Shown: piece after piece, positions 40,439 to 53,975 of the stretch
How the letters are laid out: each line of letters starts with the position of its first letter
How positions within the stretch are numbered: position 1 is the stretch's first letter
NCBI RefSeq assembly: GCF_009914755.1
Contig: NC_060928.1
Length of the DNA: 64,000 nucleotides
DNA from: the human T2T-CHM13v2.0 reference genome, Homo sapiens
Reading direction: 5' to 3' (one strand)
Notes under the pieces: model-generated
Database searches by the model: none
The model's input: the letters and a program-made list of their open reading frames with translations, nothing else
What the model was told of the DNA's origin: nothing
Translations under genes and position numbers: made by a program

Positions 40439-40733
40439 GTGTTATAACTACAAATTACTCAAATATAACAGCAATTAATCATTTTTTTCAAATATTTTTA
40501 CAGCTTCTTCAGTACTAAAATTGGTAAACAAAGGTTAATCTACATTAAAATCTATTTATTAACATATAGTGTGTTCTAAGCTTTTCTTAAGATAAAATAC
40601 TGAAATTTACTCAAGGACAATTTTGATTTTAATCTAAATACATAGAAAAATATTATTTATACACTTATTAAAAATAAAGTGTGTCTATTAAATTAGCTTT
40701 TATATAGCAGCTTATATTGAATAAGAATTTTAA

Positions 40734-41019
<286 letters not shown>

Positions 41020-41649
41020 TCAAATATTATTCTTAATTATATTTTTAATATTATCATTAGGAGTCAAAGGACCAAAATATCTTAAACATAACAATTAAAG
41101 TTCACTGAAATTTATGTAAAGGAAATTAAATGGGAATAGTTTTCAAAATCTGGTTCTATTTTCTACTCTGCAACTTGCAAGCTGGTTATTTTTATTAATG
41201 TCACTAAACCACTGAGTCCCAAATCCTTCATCTCTAAAGTTAACTTAATTGCCACATTATTATGGGAATCAATTAGCATGTATAGTTTTAAATGACTTAC
41301 ATATGGTGCTGTGTGACTAAATCTTGCAATATTAGTTTTACTACAGTGTTACATTTGTTAACTTATTGGTGGAATATATTGGGTTTACCGTGTGCCTAGA
41401 GGCAGACTATGCTTAGGGAAGTTTGACGCCTCTCCTCCCATCTTTCAGTGCTTTCAGTGTCTTTGCCCCTTTATTTCCTGGCTATCTACCAGACTCACTG
41501 GCCTCAGATATTTCTTTATTCAAAGGTCTTTTTTTTTTTCTTGTGGACCCAGGCACTTCTCTTATACCAGAAATCTTCTCTCTCTCCTCACATACTACAG
41601 GGCTAGATATCTGAGCTGGCCAAAGGGAGAGTTCACTAATCAAACAGGA

Positions 41650-41880
41650 ATGGTGTTGTGGCAGAGTGAACTCTGGAATTAGATTTAAAAAGTCAAATCT
41701 TTGGCCCTACTTTACTATTTCTTTGAATTTCAAACAATAATTAGTTCTTATTTCATTACCTGTGCAATGGGGCTAGTGATACCTTTGGCCTATCTCTTAA
41801 CATTGTGAAGATTATAATAAAATAAGATCCCTAATATACCTTGTAAACAGTAAGACACACACAAAGTAAGTAGTTATTGT
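41650..41880 (+). mobile_element. MIR SINE
   Basis: ggtgttgtggcagagtgaactctggaattag...acctgtgcaatggggctagtgatacc...ttgtgaagatta. Confidence 0.65.
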
Positions 41881-42103
41881 TCAGATGAACTTATTTATTT
41901 TAGCAGAAGGAAGCCATGAAGCAGCCCTAGAAAGCTCCCATCATTATAAAGAGGTATATGAGTGCTTAACAGAGGCCTTCCAAAGACAAGATCTCTCCTC
42001 TGTTACTAAATCTAAGGAATAACATAGAAAACAGCCTGCTGAAAAAGATAAATTTAGTTGGAGAAAGGATATATTCATAGCATTTATTGAAAAACTTGAT
42101 ATA

Positions 42104-42257
42104 GTCTGGGTTCGGTGTCTCATGCCTGTAATCCCAGCATGTTTGGAAGTCCAGGTGGGGGAATATTTTTGCATGTAAAAGATAATCTTGAAAATCTTAA
42201 ACCTCGGAGTTTGAGACTAACCTGGACAACACAGTGACACTTTACCTCTTAAAAAAT

Positions 42258-42285
<28 letters not shown>
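42104..42285 (+). mobile_element. FLAM monomer with a ~30 bp non-Alu internal insert and a (GA)n tail
   Basis: catgcctgtaatcccagca...ggagtttgagactaacctggacaac; approximate TSD aaacttgatat / aaactggttat. Confidence 0.85.
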
Positions 42286-42288
<3 letters not shown>

Positions 42289-43962
42289 CTGGTTATCTCC
42301 AACTTTTATTTTAAAAGCTATGCAAGGTATCGATGGCAATAGTGGTCATTAATTTAGTTTACAACATATTTCCAGTTCTTGAGAGTTCATTTTTCCACAG
42401 TTGGTATAGTGACAAGCAACATTTAACTGGTTGCTACTCTGCCAGAGTACCCTAAGTAGCGACAATGAACAGGGTTCATGGGCAATGGAAGTGAGAAATA
42501 AACAGTTCTTCCTCAAATTTTGGGGTTGTTTGTTGGCACTGCATAGCCTGGTCTATGCTTAATAGCACAATGTCATTTTACAAATGAAAATAGTGAGTAT
42601 CAGATCAAGTATATTACTCATTAAAGTCTATGCAGCTTTTATGTAATAGACGTTGGCTGCAAACCTAGATACATTTAATTCTAAAGACTAATCTTTATTT
42701 GCTGTGATGCTAGTCTCACAGTGTGATTGAAGCTTGGAGGCCAACCTCAATTGATCTCTGATGGCTGATTTGATGCCCCTCCTCAGAAGAGATCTTAGAG
42801 AGAATGCTGGACAAGGGTAAGAACATTGCCCAGAAAAGCCTTATGAGGGACAAGCTAGGATAAGAAAAAGGAAAAACAGACTTGAAGATAAAGTAACTAT
42901 TTATTCTGTGAAATGAAACTAATAAACAGTAGCCAGTTGACTTCCATTTTTGTAAGATCCAAATTCATTAATTTATGCAGTAGTAAGGACTACCATGTTC
43001 CAGAAACTCTTCTGTGGAAAACAATGGTAAGTAACTTACATAATGACAGGTAACTCACATGAATGAACAAAAGTTCTTGCCCTTGGGAAACCTGTTTTGA
43101 TAGGATTCAGAATTGATTCAATGTATATGGGAAAGCTTTATATATTTTAAAATAGAATTATTGCATAGCATAGGTAATACTTTAAAGATAAAGGGATTGT
43201 TTTCCATGAAATATTTCTAAGAAAAGATGTTCATAACACGAATATTTGGGGAACAAAGAAAACAATAAGAAAACACATTAGATAACACTAATTTAATGTG
43301 TACCATAAATTCTTAAAGCCTTGCTATGAGATAAGTACTAGTACTTGACAGATTTCTAGCTGGAAAATGTATTTTAACAGAAAAAAAAGAAAAAAACACT
43401 CTGTATGGTAACATTTTAAGGCAGAAACTTGGTGGGTGCCTCTGTCCAAGGTGCTGAAATGTATTTTGTTTTTGACTAATTTGAACAATTCATATCATTA
43501 ATTTTTCTCACTATGCAATTTAAATATTTTCTGTGATGTATTATTTAGGAGAGTAAGACTTTATGAATGATTTTTCTGATGATAGCATTGTTTATCAAGA
43601 GCATTTAATGAATGATATGCCACAATAGGTTTTTTCTTGCTGTGAATGTCTAGAAACAACATTTATTATAAAATGAATAATGTTTTTACCTTTTAGCCCC
43701 CCATAGTTTACACCTGAATATACTAAGTAATATTTAAAATGCAAAAGTTTTATTTTTAAGATATTTATTAACAATTGTTTCATGTGATGTATATTTCTGT
43801 TGTAGAATCTTATTTAATATGATTACTACTTTGGCAGGTGCTTCTTCAGCTCTGATTCCTCTTCCACATTTTCTATTGCGTTTGGGAAACCTCTATATAG
43901 ATATATCAGGACTCCAAAAATTAAAATAAACTCAACAAATCTCATCATGTTATCTCCAAAAT

Positions 43963-44087
43963 TTGCCCCCGTTGGTCTCAAACTCCTGGGTTTAAGATTT
44001 GCAAGATCATCTCTTACATGCAAAAACAGTCTCTCACTTCAACCTCAAAAAGTGCTGGGATTACAGGCATAGGCCACTGAACCCATC
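43963..44087 (-). mobile_element. Second, tailless copy of the same insert-bearing FLAM
   Basis: ggtctcaaactcctgggtttaag[atttgcaagatcatctcttacatgcaaaaac]...agtgctgggattacaggcat. Confidence 0.85.
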
Positions 44088-45400
44088 TTATGTCACAGGT
44101 TTTCAATAAATGGTAACTATATCCTTTCTCCAACTAAAGTTATCTTCTTCCGCAGCCTGTTTTCTATGCTGTAAACATTTTCCAGGTAACTCAAAGACTA
44201 GAGAGAATAATAAAAGAAGGAGGAATTGGTTTCAGCCATGAGCAATTAAGGGCTTCATCTTGCCATAATCTTCTGATAAGTGTATAGGATACCTCCCATA
44301 ATTTTCCACTTGAGGGATACCACAGAAAGAACCATTGATTCATAACTTCCCTTTCCTCATTGATTGAGAGTTTATTCAGACATTTTTAACTACCACCACT
44401 TCCAGGTAGCAACTTTGTGCATGATAATCAGGCTGCCATCTGACTGTTTCTCTCACCATTATACCAGAGCAGAAAGCAAATGATGGAAGTTACAGCATTG
44501 AGTTTAGGAACTGTCATCTTGAAGGGATTCCAAATCTGCACATAAGTATTTCTTGACTCTAGGACTAGACTGAGTGGCCTCAAGTATATGAAGTTAGCCT
44601 CAAGAGACATTGATCCACCAGATAAACTGTTAAAGAAGCAGAATATTTAAAGTTCCAGACTTGGAAAGAACTGGGAACATTTAAAGGAGTTAAAGAAAGC
44701 CAGTGGACCTGGAGACCAGCAGAGGGAGAGAAAGGTGGAATATCAGGAGAAACGTAAAGGATAATTATGTGACATAGTTTTGTATTCTGTTATCAATCAA
44801 ATCAGATTTAAGTCTTTGAAATGTGCTACACAGGGGATGGGTTTTTTCCTGAACCATGATCTTGTATTTTCAGTACCCATTGCTGAATGTATAATTTTCT
44901 GTGTGTTTCCCAATTTAGAGTCTTGAAAGTGAGGATTAGACTGCCAAGATTATATTTTACATCCAAAAATATCATTTTGGATTATAGGATATTCAGAAGA
45001 ATAGCTGCCCTTGGATCAGGAAGTCATTTCTGATTTGCAATCAGCTGTATTTAAAGAATTTCAAGGGACAGCAGGTGCCATGATTGACATCTCTAATGTA
45101 CATGGTGTAGGGAGTTTCTGAATTATATTAACCCAGTAGATAATAGGGAAATATGTTCTAAGACATTCTTATTCAGTCTGCTTTGAAATGCAGAGAAGCA
45201 TTTGCTTTTACTGATAAACTATCAGTGGCATCTACATGATCTATAGACAAAAAAGGGACTTGAGTGTTCTATCATTGAATGTGAGGAAACAGAAAAAAAC
45301 CCAAAGCACTGGAAGTTAAAAACTAAGTAATAAGATATATTATTTGCTAAATCTTTAGTTCAGAAATCGTGCTGAATTTTATATGTGAAAACCATACTAA

Positions 45401-45835
45401 TGTACAACTCAGATCTCCTGCCATGGAAAGCATAGTTGACCTGTAACCCACACTGCTTCCCCTCTGAATCTACTACAGTGCTTGTACTGAGGATACTTTT
45501 CTTTCAAGTTGTACCCAGTCAGTGAATGAGCATGATGAGCATCACAATTCTGAGACACTTCTAGGAGACCCAGTATTTCTCTCACAGGTGAATTGGCTTG
45601 AGGACTCCTAATTGGCCTGACCAAACGTTTCTTAGAGCTGTGCTGCAGTCACAGAATCCTCCTACCCAATTCTTTCTTCATTTCCATCACAGGTGTTAGA
45701 CATGCATCACAGTCTGAGGCTCTTCCTGTCTTCTCTGGCTGTTTCTTTCATCCTTCTCTGGCATTCCTCCTAATGAATCTCTCACATATCTCTTTGCATG
45801 TTGGATTCATCTTCTTGAAGAAACCAACTATCACA
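45401..45835 (+). mobile_element. ERVL LTR40-like solo LTR
   Basis: gaggactcctaattggcctg...cacaggtgttagacatgcatcacagtctgaggctct...aactatcaca. Confidence 0.65.
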
Positions 45836-48518
45836 AGATACATATTTCCCTGTACTTCACTGCTACATATGCACCAAGAAAGGAAGTAATTCTTTTATAG
45901 GATGAGCTTCTAGTATTTACTTCCAAGAGGACACATAAGAAGGATAAATAAAACATATATATTGTTTGGAAACCAGTAATATAAATAAAAATATATTGAT
46001 TCTCTGGTGAGATGAGATCATCTAGTTATTCTCAATAACATCAACTGTATTTTGAATGCTTTGGTAGTTCTTAGTTTTGAAAGTTGAATCTTAAGAGTCC
46101 AAGTGTTTCTACTCTTATTCTTAGGGCTGGAAGATGTCACCCTTTGTCTGAAAAAAGTTACTGAAAAAGTAATGAATAGCAGATGGTATTGGAAGGACTT
46201 TTGATTCAGATTTTCAAAACGAGATTCAAAATACTTGGACTGTATCCAAATGAGAGGGAACTGGGAAATGAGAACTGTAATCATAGATTTAATGTGATTG
46301 AATAGAGTAGATGGAAGGTGTTTTGTTTGGCTCTAACTAAACATTTTTTCGTGGTTTTTATAAAAATACTAAGTGTAATATATATAAAATGAATACTATT
46401 AGAAGCAGAGTTCAGAGTTTCATAAACCAAAGAAACAAAACAAAAAGCATTTTATAACTTGAAACTAGTTAAGCTACCCTTGTGTAAATGTCCATTGAAA
46501 TTCAATGTTGAACATTCAGTGTAGATGTTTTATAGTTATTTGTAAGCATTGAAAGTTAGAAGTATAATAGAATAATCCAGGGAGGCAAAGGAAAGAAGCC
46601 AAGTCCAAAGTTTTCACATGTTTCTTTGATTTTGGTGGCTTCTGACCACTAAAATCACTGCCAAAGAAATCATCATTAGATTTCAACAAATTTGAATAGG
46701 AACAAAAACAGTAACCAGAATCCTCAGGTACTTTGTGATTATCACAAACATGTTAATTATTTCAATTGTTCAATTTATTAGAAAATTTGAAGCTTGTTAA
46801 AATTGCTCTTGATTTTTATGACTGTTTAAAGCATTAGTTCATTAATAGCTGTTCTCATTAATGCTGAAGGAAATTTGGCTTCAATATATTACTTTGTTAA
46901 TGTATTTTGAGATAATAGGATGTTTATGGTATTTCACTAATTTGGAAATAAAATATTATTCTAAAACGATTTCACTTAGAAAACTCTTCCATTATTTTTA
47001 TTACATCTCAAATACACAGCCACAGTTCCTAATGTTTCTGTAAATTGCTTCTTGTTGTTTTTGTTTTGTTTTGTTTTTATGGAAGTAACCACACATTTCT
47101 CTTATTGTTCTCCATATCATAGCATAAAAGAAGGATGTTTACACACATGCAATAACTCACACATGTGCATACATACACACTATTTAATTTGAGGTTAATA
47201 TAAAATTAAATAATATGTGATTTGGAGCAAAGACCATGGATATTGGTTTTGCCACCAGCCTCATCTAAATTCAAATCTCACTCTACCATTTACCAGCAAT
47301 ATGACCTGAAACACACAACTCTAGTATTAAGACCTTCAGTAGTACTGGAATTAAATGAAATCGTGTATCGAGCATTGCCATTATTTAATCCCATGTTGAC
47401 AACGAGTTTTCTCTTTGACCTGGTTATATTTCTTACCTTCGCCCTCATCTCCAGCAAGGAATTTTTCAAATAATAGAATTCAGTAAAAACAGTTCAAATG
47501 CTTTTCCAGCTGGCTGTGAAAAACATATACTGCATGAAACTTTCTTGTGGGAAAGAAAATTAGAGAGAAAGACGTATACACTTAGATATTCAACTTGGAA
47601 TTAAGTTTTATAAATTGCAAAAAATAATATTTATTGAAAACCTTTAGTATATGTTTCCTCAATATATTACTTGATTTAAAATGTCTTCAATAATGGTAAA
47701 TTTGCCAGAAAGAAATAATTAATAAATTGCTCTTTTTGAACTCTTTTCCATGAAATGTTAGAAATATATTCGTATATGAGCACATTTATTACCATAATAT
47801 TTTTTCTAAGTCTTGAGCTAACAATATTATTTTAAATTGCCACTGTACAAGATGTCATACTAAATATTCAGCCTGCAGAAATGAATATCTAGCATCAGGA
47901 AAATGCTCTCTGTAGCTACATCTTCGTGATTTCTGTGAGGAATTGCTGATCACACACTTGGACTGCCATTTCAGAAGATCATGGTAATATGTACCCCGTA
48001 ATATTCTCTGTCAGCCATGGAAGTATGTTTGCTGAATTTTATTTGTTTGCTGAATTTCATTATTCTTTCTGTAAGAATGTATTGCTTCTACACAGTAATG
48101 CAACAGAGTTGCAGTTTTCTTAGTTATATTTATTTTCATAATTTAAAATAAATTTTCTGTGAGTAGTTTTAAACTATATTTCAGTTGTGTCCATTGAAAT
48201 ATTGAAATTATTCACTGTTCTATTTCTCCGGCTTCAGTGCCTTTTTCCCTTAATTCACATTGCTCTTGTTTTGTAGCTGATACTTTCAGGTCAATCTCAG
48301 ATATTCCACACTGCCTCATTACCATTGTGTAATTATACAAATTGTGTACATTGTGTAATTGTACAAAGTATTCTCAGATGCTTCAAGTAGTTCTCTATCT
48401 GATGTTTTATCTTCCGTACATTTCCAACTTCGGTTACATGAATGTTGTTCTTTATTTTCACTTCATTTGCCAGTCTTTCTTGTTTTTGTTTTCTATTTTA
48501 ATTTTAATATTGCTTATC

Positions 48519-49472
48519 TGTGAGCAGAGAGAAAAAAAAAACAAAGTGTTTCTCCTACTCTCTAATATAGTCCTTCAGCACTACATTTCTGACACCAGAT
48601 GCGCGGCAGTATTTTTCCACACACCAGACAATTCTCCAGCAGTCGTTAGCTGGGTGTCTCTAATTTGATTCAATTCTAACACTAACTGCCTATAGATAGG
48701 GTAAGATCCCACAGTTGAAGGGCTCAGTCCCACAAGACTGCCCCCAATGTCTGACACCAGTCACAAGAAGTAGTAGGTTGTCACCTATACTTCTGACCTA
48801 CGAGCCATAATCTGAGATCCCATTGCCCCTTTCTTGGATTTGATTAATTTGCTAGAGTGGCTCACAGAACTCAGTAACGTTTACTTACATTTACTGATTT
48901 ATTAATAAAAGATACAGATGAACAATCAAATGACGAGGTACATAGGGCAAGATCTGGTAATATCTGGAGTGCAGGAGCTTCTGTCCCTGTGGAGTTGGCA
49001 AAAAACACCCTCCTAGCCCTTGCCGTGTTCACTAATCTGGAAGCTCCTGAACCTCACAGTTGGATGGATTCAGGCAGCTGATGAATGATGGATTATTAAC
49101 TGAATTTCTAGTCCTTCTTCCATCTCTGGAAAATGAGGTTAGGGCTGAAAGCTCTAAGTTTATAATCATGGCTTGGTCTTTCTAGTGATGAGCACTCATC
49201 CAGGAGCACACCAAGAGTTAACCCATTAGACGAAAAGATCTCCTATCACCAAGGAAATTCCAAGTGATTTAAGAGCTTTGTATCAGATTCTTCTATCACT
49301 CAGGAAATTATAAAAGCCTTAGGAGCTCTGTGTCAAGAACCAGTTCAGATATCAAATATTAGAACAAAAGATTCTCCTGGAACCCCTAACTTTCAAGAAA
49401 TCCAAGGGTCATAGAAGCTCTGTGCTAAGGATTCTGGGCAGAGATCCAATATTTATATTTATTATTTCCTAC
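48519..49472 (-). mobile_element. MER21 (A/B-like) LTR inserted in an ancient L1M fragment
   Basis: ttctgacaccagatg; gggctcagtcccacaagactgcccc; taatttgctagagtggctcacagaactcag; tcctatcaccaaggaaattccaag. Confidence 0.85.
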
Positions 49473-50019
49473 CTGTATTTATCAAATCGATTCATATTTT
49501 CTTTATCAATTTATAATGTTCTGTCTTCATCTGTAGTATTTTTCTATTTTCCATTGTTTCTTATGTTTGTTTTATTATTTTATTGAATTATTATTCAATT
49601 TATGTTCTTTCTAGTTGATAATGATAGCATTAAAAATTATTCATTTGCATGATTAAATACAGCTTTCATTCCATTACTTTTAAAAATAATTTTTCTAACA
49701 TTTATTACATATATATGTGTGTGTGTGTGTGTGTGTATGTGTGTTTATATGTAATATTTAACCACTATAATTATGACTTTTAGTTTTCTCTGGAACCATT
49801 ATTTCAATGATACTTTTACATAATAATTATTAATTACTTCTTATGTGGTAGCTATTTTGACCCCTGGTTTTATTTATGAAGTCAATATGGAGGACAGAAA
49901 TGTACATACATACACATATATATATGAAATATATAAATGTGCGTTTATTTATAAAAGTTACTACCTATAATAAGTGCTCTAATGTGAATAAATAGGGCTC
50001 AATGTGGGGGGATTCCCAC

Positions 50020-50440
50020 ATTTATAGGGTACACAAAGGATGTTTCCTTTGGAGTACAATTAGGCCTAGATTGAAAAGATAAGAAGGGGCCTAGAAATCA
50101 TAGGGGAAAGAACAGTCTAGGCTGAAATAACAGGTTCTTAGCTGTGAACACCTTATGGTCTTTAAAACGGCACTAGAGAAACTTGCAGATGTTGGCAAGG
50201 CCAGATATTGCAGAGCTTTCTAGGAAATAAGTGCCTAATTTAATTTATATTAAAAGCAAAAACAGAAAATGGCTCAAGCTGCTGTGTGGAAAATTGATTG
50301 CAGTGAACAAGAGTGGAAGTGGAAAAAACAGGATATTGAGCCAATTTAGTAGTTCAGGAGAAATCACGAAAATGGTATTCCTTAGTTTGGAGCAGTACAG
50401 CTAGAGAAAAATGAATTATGGAGGTACAAACAACAGAAAT
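50020..50440 (-). mobile_element. L2 LINE fragment
   Basis: gaacagtctaggctgaaataacag; ggcaaggccagatattgcagagc; gctgctgtgtggaaaattgattg. Confidence 0.6.
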
Positions 50441-50791
50441 ACAGTATAAGTGTATGTGTTTTCCCAGAATCATGAATAAATTTTCATGTCAATGCCATTA
50501 GTTAGGATAAATGCCACTAGTTAGAAATGCATATTCTTTGCAGTTTGCTACCATATCTACCAGTCTACCAGTCTCAGCTAGGCTGCTTCAGAAATTATAT
50601 ATTTAGGTAACCTATTTGGCTTAGAAGACATTTAAGGAGATGAATATACATATGCATGCATTCATGAAGCTCACATTCATTCAGCATAATTGGAGGGATA
50701 ATATGTATAAGTATATAGGTTACAGCATTCCTATTACTAAGGCATCCTGGCTCCATCACTCAGAGTTTCTTAACTTCTAAAGAAAAGAAGT

Positions 50792-51382
50792 TGTAGCAGT
50801 TACTATTACTGTTTAATAAAGTACACCATAACTTACTGCATGAAGCAATCACATTAACAGACTCAGTTTTTGTAGACCAAGAATTTAGATATAGCACAGT
50901 GGGGAAGGTGGATGGTTTATCCTGATTATACCATGCCTGGGGCATCAGCAGGGAAGATTAGAAATCTAGAGGTGATTCAGTACCTGAGGGCAGGAGTTTT
51001 CTGGGGTCATCTTTACTCAAATGTGGAGTAGTTGATTCTGGTTGTCAATTGAAATATTTGCTGGCCTAATGGCTAGAAAGCCTATGCATTACCTCTCTCA
51101 TGTGATCTCCGAGTATGGACTATTTTGGGCTCCCTCACAGTACACTGGGTTGGTTGCTGGACCAGGTACCCCAAGAGAATCAAACAAATGTGTTATCTTT
51201 TATGATCTAACACTGCAATACTCTTAACATTACTTCTACCAGAGTCGCAAGTCTACCAGGATTATAAAGAAGTAACATAGGTCTGACCTCTTAATGGAAG
51301 TTAGGTCAAAGTTGCATCGTAAGAACACATGCATTGGGGAATATTGTTGGAACCATTTCTGGAAAATACAACTTATCATGCA
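50792..51382 (-). mobile_element. MLT1 (MLT1F-like) MaLR LTR
   Basis: gaatttagatatagcacagtggggaag; ttttatgatctaac; ccatttctggaaaatacaac terminus. Confidence 0.75.
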
Positions 51383-52629
51383 TGTAGTTTTAGTAAATAA
51401 TGGAACTCTGGAAGTATGATAGACTATACCTACCTTTCAAAAAGGTAGAAACATCTTTACTTCATCGAATATATCATTTTAGTTTAAATGTTACTTTAAT
51501 TTTCATCTTGACAGTTTAAGGAATGCAGGTCATGGTTGAAAACTACATCATTTAAAGACCATTAAGAAATATACATTTTCCAGAATAGTAGAAAAAGCAT
51601 TTCAGTTTCTTATTAGCTTTTCCTATGATGAATCACAAAATGAATCAGCTTTACACTAGGAAGTCAGCATGGCTCAATAAACCAATCAATGAACTAAGGC
51701 TTGAGCATATGGTAAATATACCCTACTCTCCCCAAGATATTTTAAGCCTCATCAAAACAGTCCAAGCCAGATGCACGTCTAATTTTTTTTTATTGCTACT
51801 GTAAAATCCATACCAGAAATGATTTTTAACCCTATGGAAGTTCTTAAAATATATTCACATCCATATTTGAATGTCTGCTTTCCTAACTTTTCAGCTTATC
51901 AATTAGAATATATTGGAACTAGCTCAAGAAAAACTGAGAAAACCTGTAGTACAACTGGCTTTTCATGGTATTTACTGTCAAAGGTTAAGAGAATGATAAA
52001 AGTGTTGAATTATGACCCACATGTATATTGATACCAGGACATTCTTCTAACCTACACTCAGTGTAATAGAATATAGAAGAGAAAGATTATAAGAAGCACA
52101 TTAAACTAGCCATGCCTGTCATTTAATAATACTTTGCTGCAAGCAAGTCACCTCACTAAGTACTTATCTCCATTTACTTCCTTTAATGTTCGCAGTAGGT
52201 CTATACAGTATCTTAAATGAACAGTTTTTGTGTGTTTTTTTGTTCTATCCATCAAGACAATAAATTCTGGGATACATAGCCTGAAGCACATATGGAAATT
52301 TAGAAGTGGATAAATAACCTTTCCATATATTCACTTTTGCATCTCCAAGATTTGTTTCTGAATAACAGAGAAGAAGGGGAAGACCAAACCTGAAATTCTA
52401 AGGACTGATGTTACACATTAGCCTAGTATATTCCTTAAGAAGAAAGAAAAAAAAGAAAGCTTAACAGAAAGACCACTCAGACACTTTCTAATATCTTGTT
52501 AATTAGACCTGGGTCACATGATCACCTTTAGACTATATAAAAATGTTTGGTACAACAAATACTTTTTCTTCCTTTGCCTCTACAGTAGAGAAACGCTAGG
52601 GATTCTGTATATGTTAGCACCTAGCAGTG

Positions 52630-52820
52630 TCGGCTGCACACCCTCTATGATCAGGGCTGTTATTCTTATCCACATTTTACAGTTGAGAGGAGTGTGGCTT
52701 AGAGAGCTTAAGTAGGTTTCCAAGAGTTATATTGTCACTTATTAATGGAGCTGGGCTAGAAACTGGGCTTGTGAATTTAGAGTCACATTTTCAATGGGTA
52801 CACAGTATTGCTTCTTATTA
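52630..52820 (-). mobile_element. MIR SINE
   Basis: tatccacattttacagttgagaggagtgtggcttagagagcttaagtag. Confidence 0.75.
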
Positions 52821-53531
52821 CTGTCATGGATCCAAAAGTCATTATTACAAGAAAAGTGTTGAAAAGGGCATTTCATGCAAATGGATACCAAAAGGGAACA
52901 GGAGTAGGTATCCTTATTTCAGACAAAACAAACTTTAAGGCAACAGCAGTTAAAAGAGACAAAGAGGGACATTATATAATGGTAAAATGTCTTGGCCAAC
53001 AGGAAAATATCACAATTCTAAACATATATGCACCTAACACCGGCACTGCCAAATTTATAAAACAATTACTAATAGACCTAAGAAATGAGATAGCAACACA
53101 ATAATAGAGGGAGCCTTCAGTACTCCATTGGCAGCACAAGACAGGTCATCAAGACAGAAACTCAATGAAGAAACAATGGATTTATAGTATACCTTGGAAC
53201 AAACGGACTTAACAGATACATACAGAACATTTCATCCAACAACCGCAGGACACATATTCTATTCAATAGCGCATGGAACTTTCTCCACGGTAGGCTATAT
53301 GATAGGTCACAAAATGAGCCTCAAAAATTTTAAGAAAATTGAAATTATATCAAGTGTCTCTCAGACTACAGTGGAATAAAACTGGAAATCAACTCCAAAA
53401 GGAACCTTCAAAATCATGCAAAGACCTGGAAATTAAATAACTTGCTTCTGAATGGCATTGGGTGAAAAATGAAATCGAGATGGAAATTTAAAAGTTTTTT
53501 AACTGAATGACAATAATGACACAACATACTA

Positions 53532-53975
<444 letters not shown>

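Larger units (their letters stand above)
42023..44168. repeat. Inverted repeat: ~205 bp arms (42023-42228 and 43963-44168), ~1.73 kb spacer
   Basis: catagaaaacagcctgctgaaaaagataaatttagttggagaaaggatata versus right-arm rc catagaaaacaggctgcggaagaagataactttagttggagaaaggatata; similarity continues through a FLAM with a shared insert. Confidence 0.92.

Noticed and set aside
42023-44168. Novel DNA transposon with 200 bp TIRs
   Set aside because: No TSD at the outer ends, no transposase, and the interior contains ancient MIR/L2 relics typical of resident DNA.
44988-45074. AG...GT-bounded open 87 nt candidate exon
   Set aside because: Weak polypyrimidine tract and donor, unrecognisable peptide, no supporting neighbouring exons.
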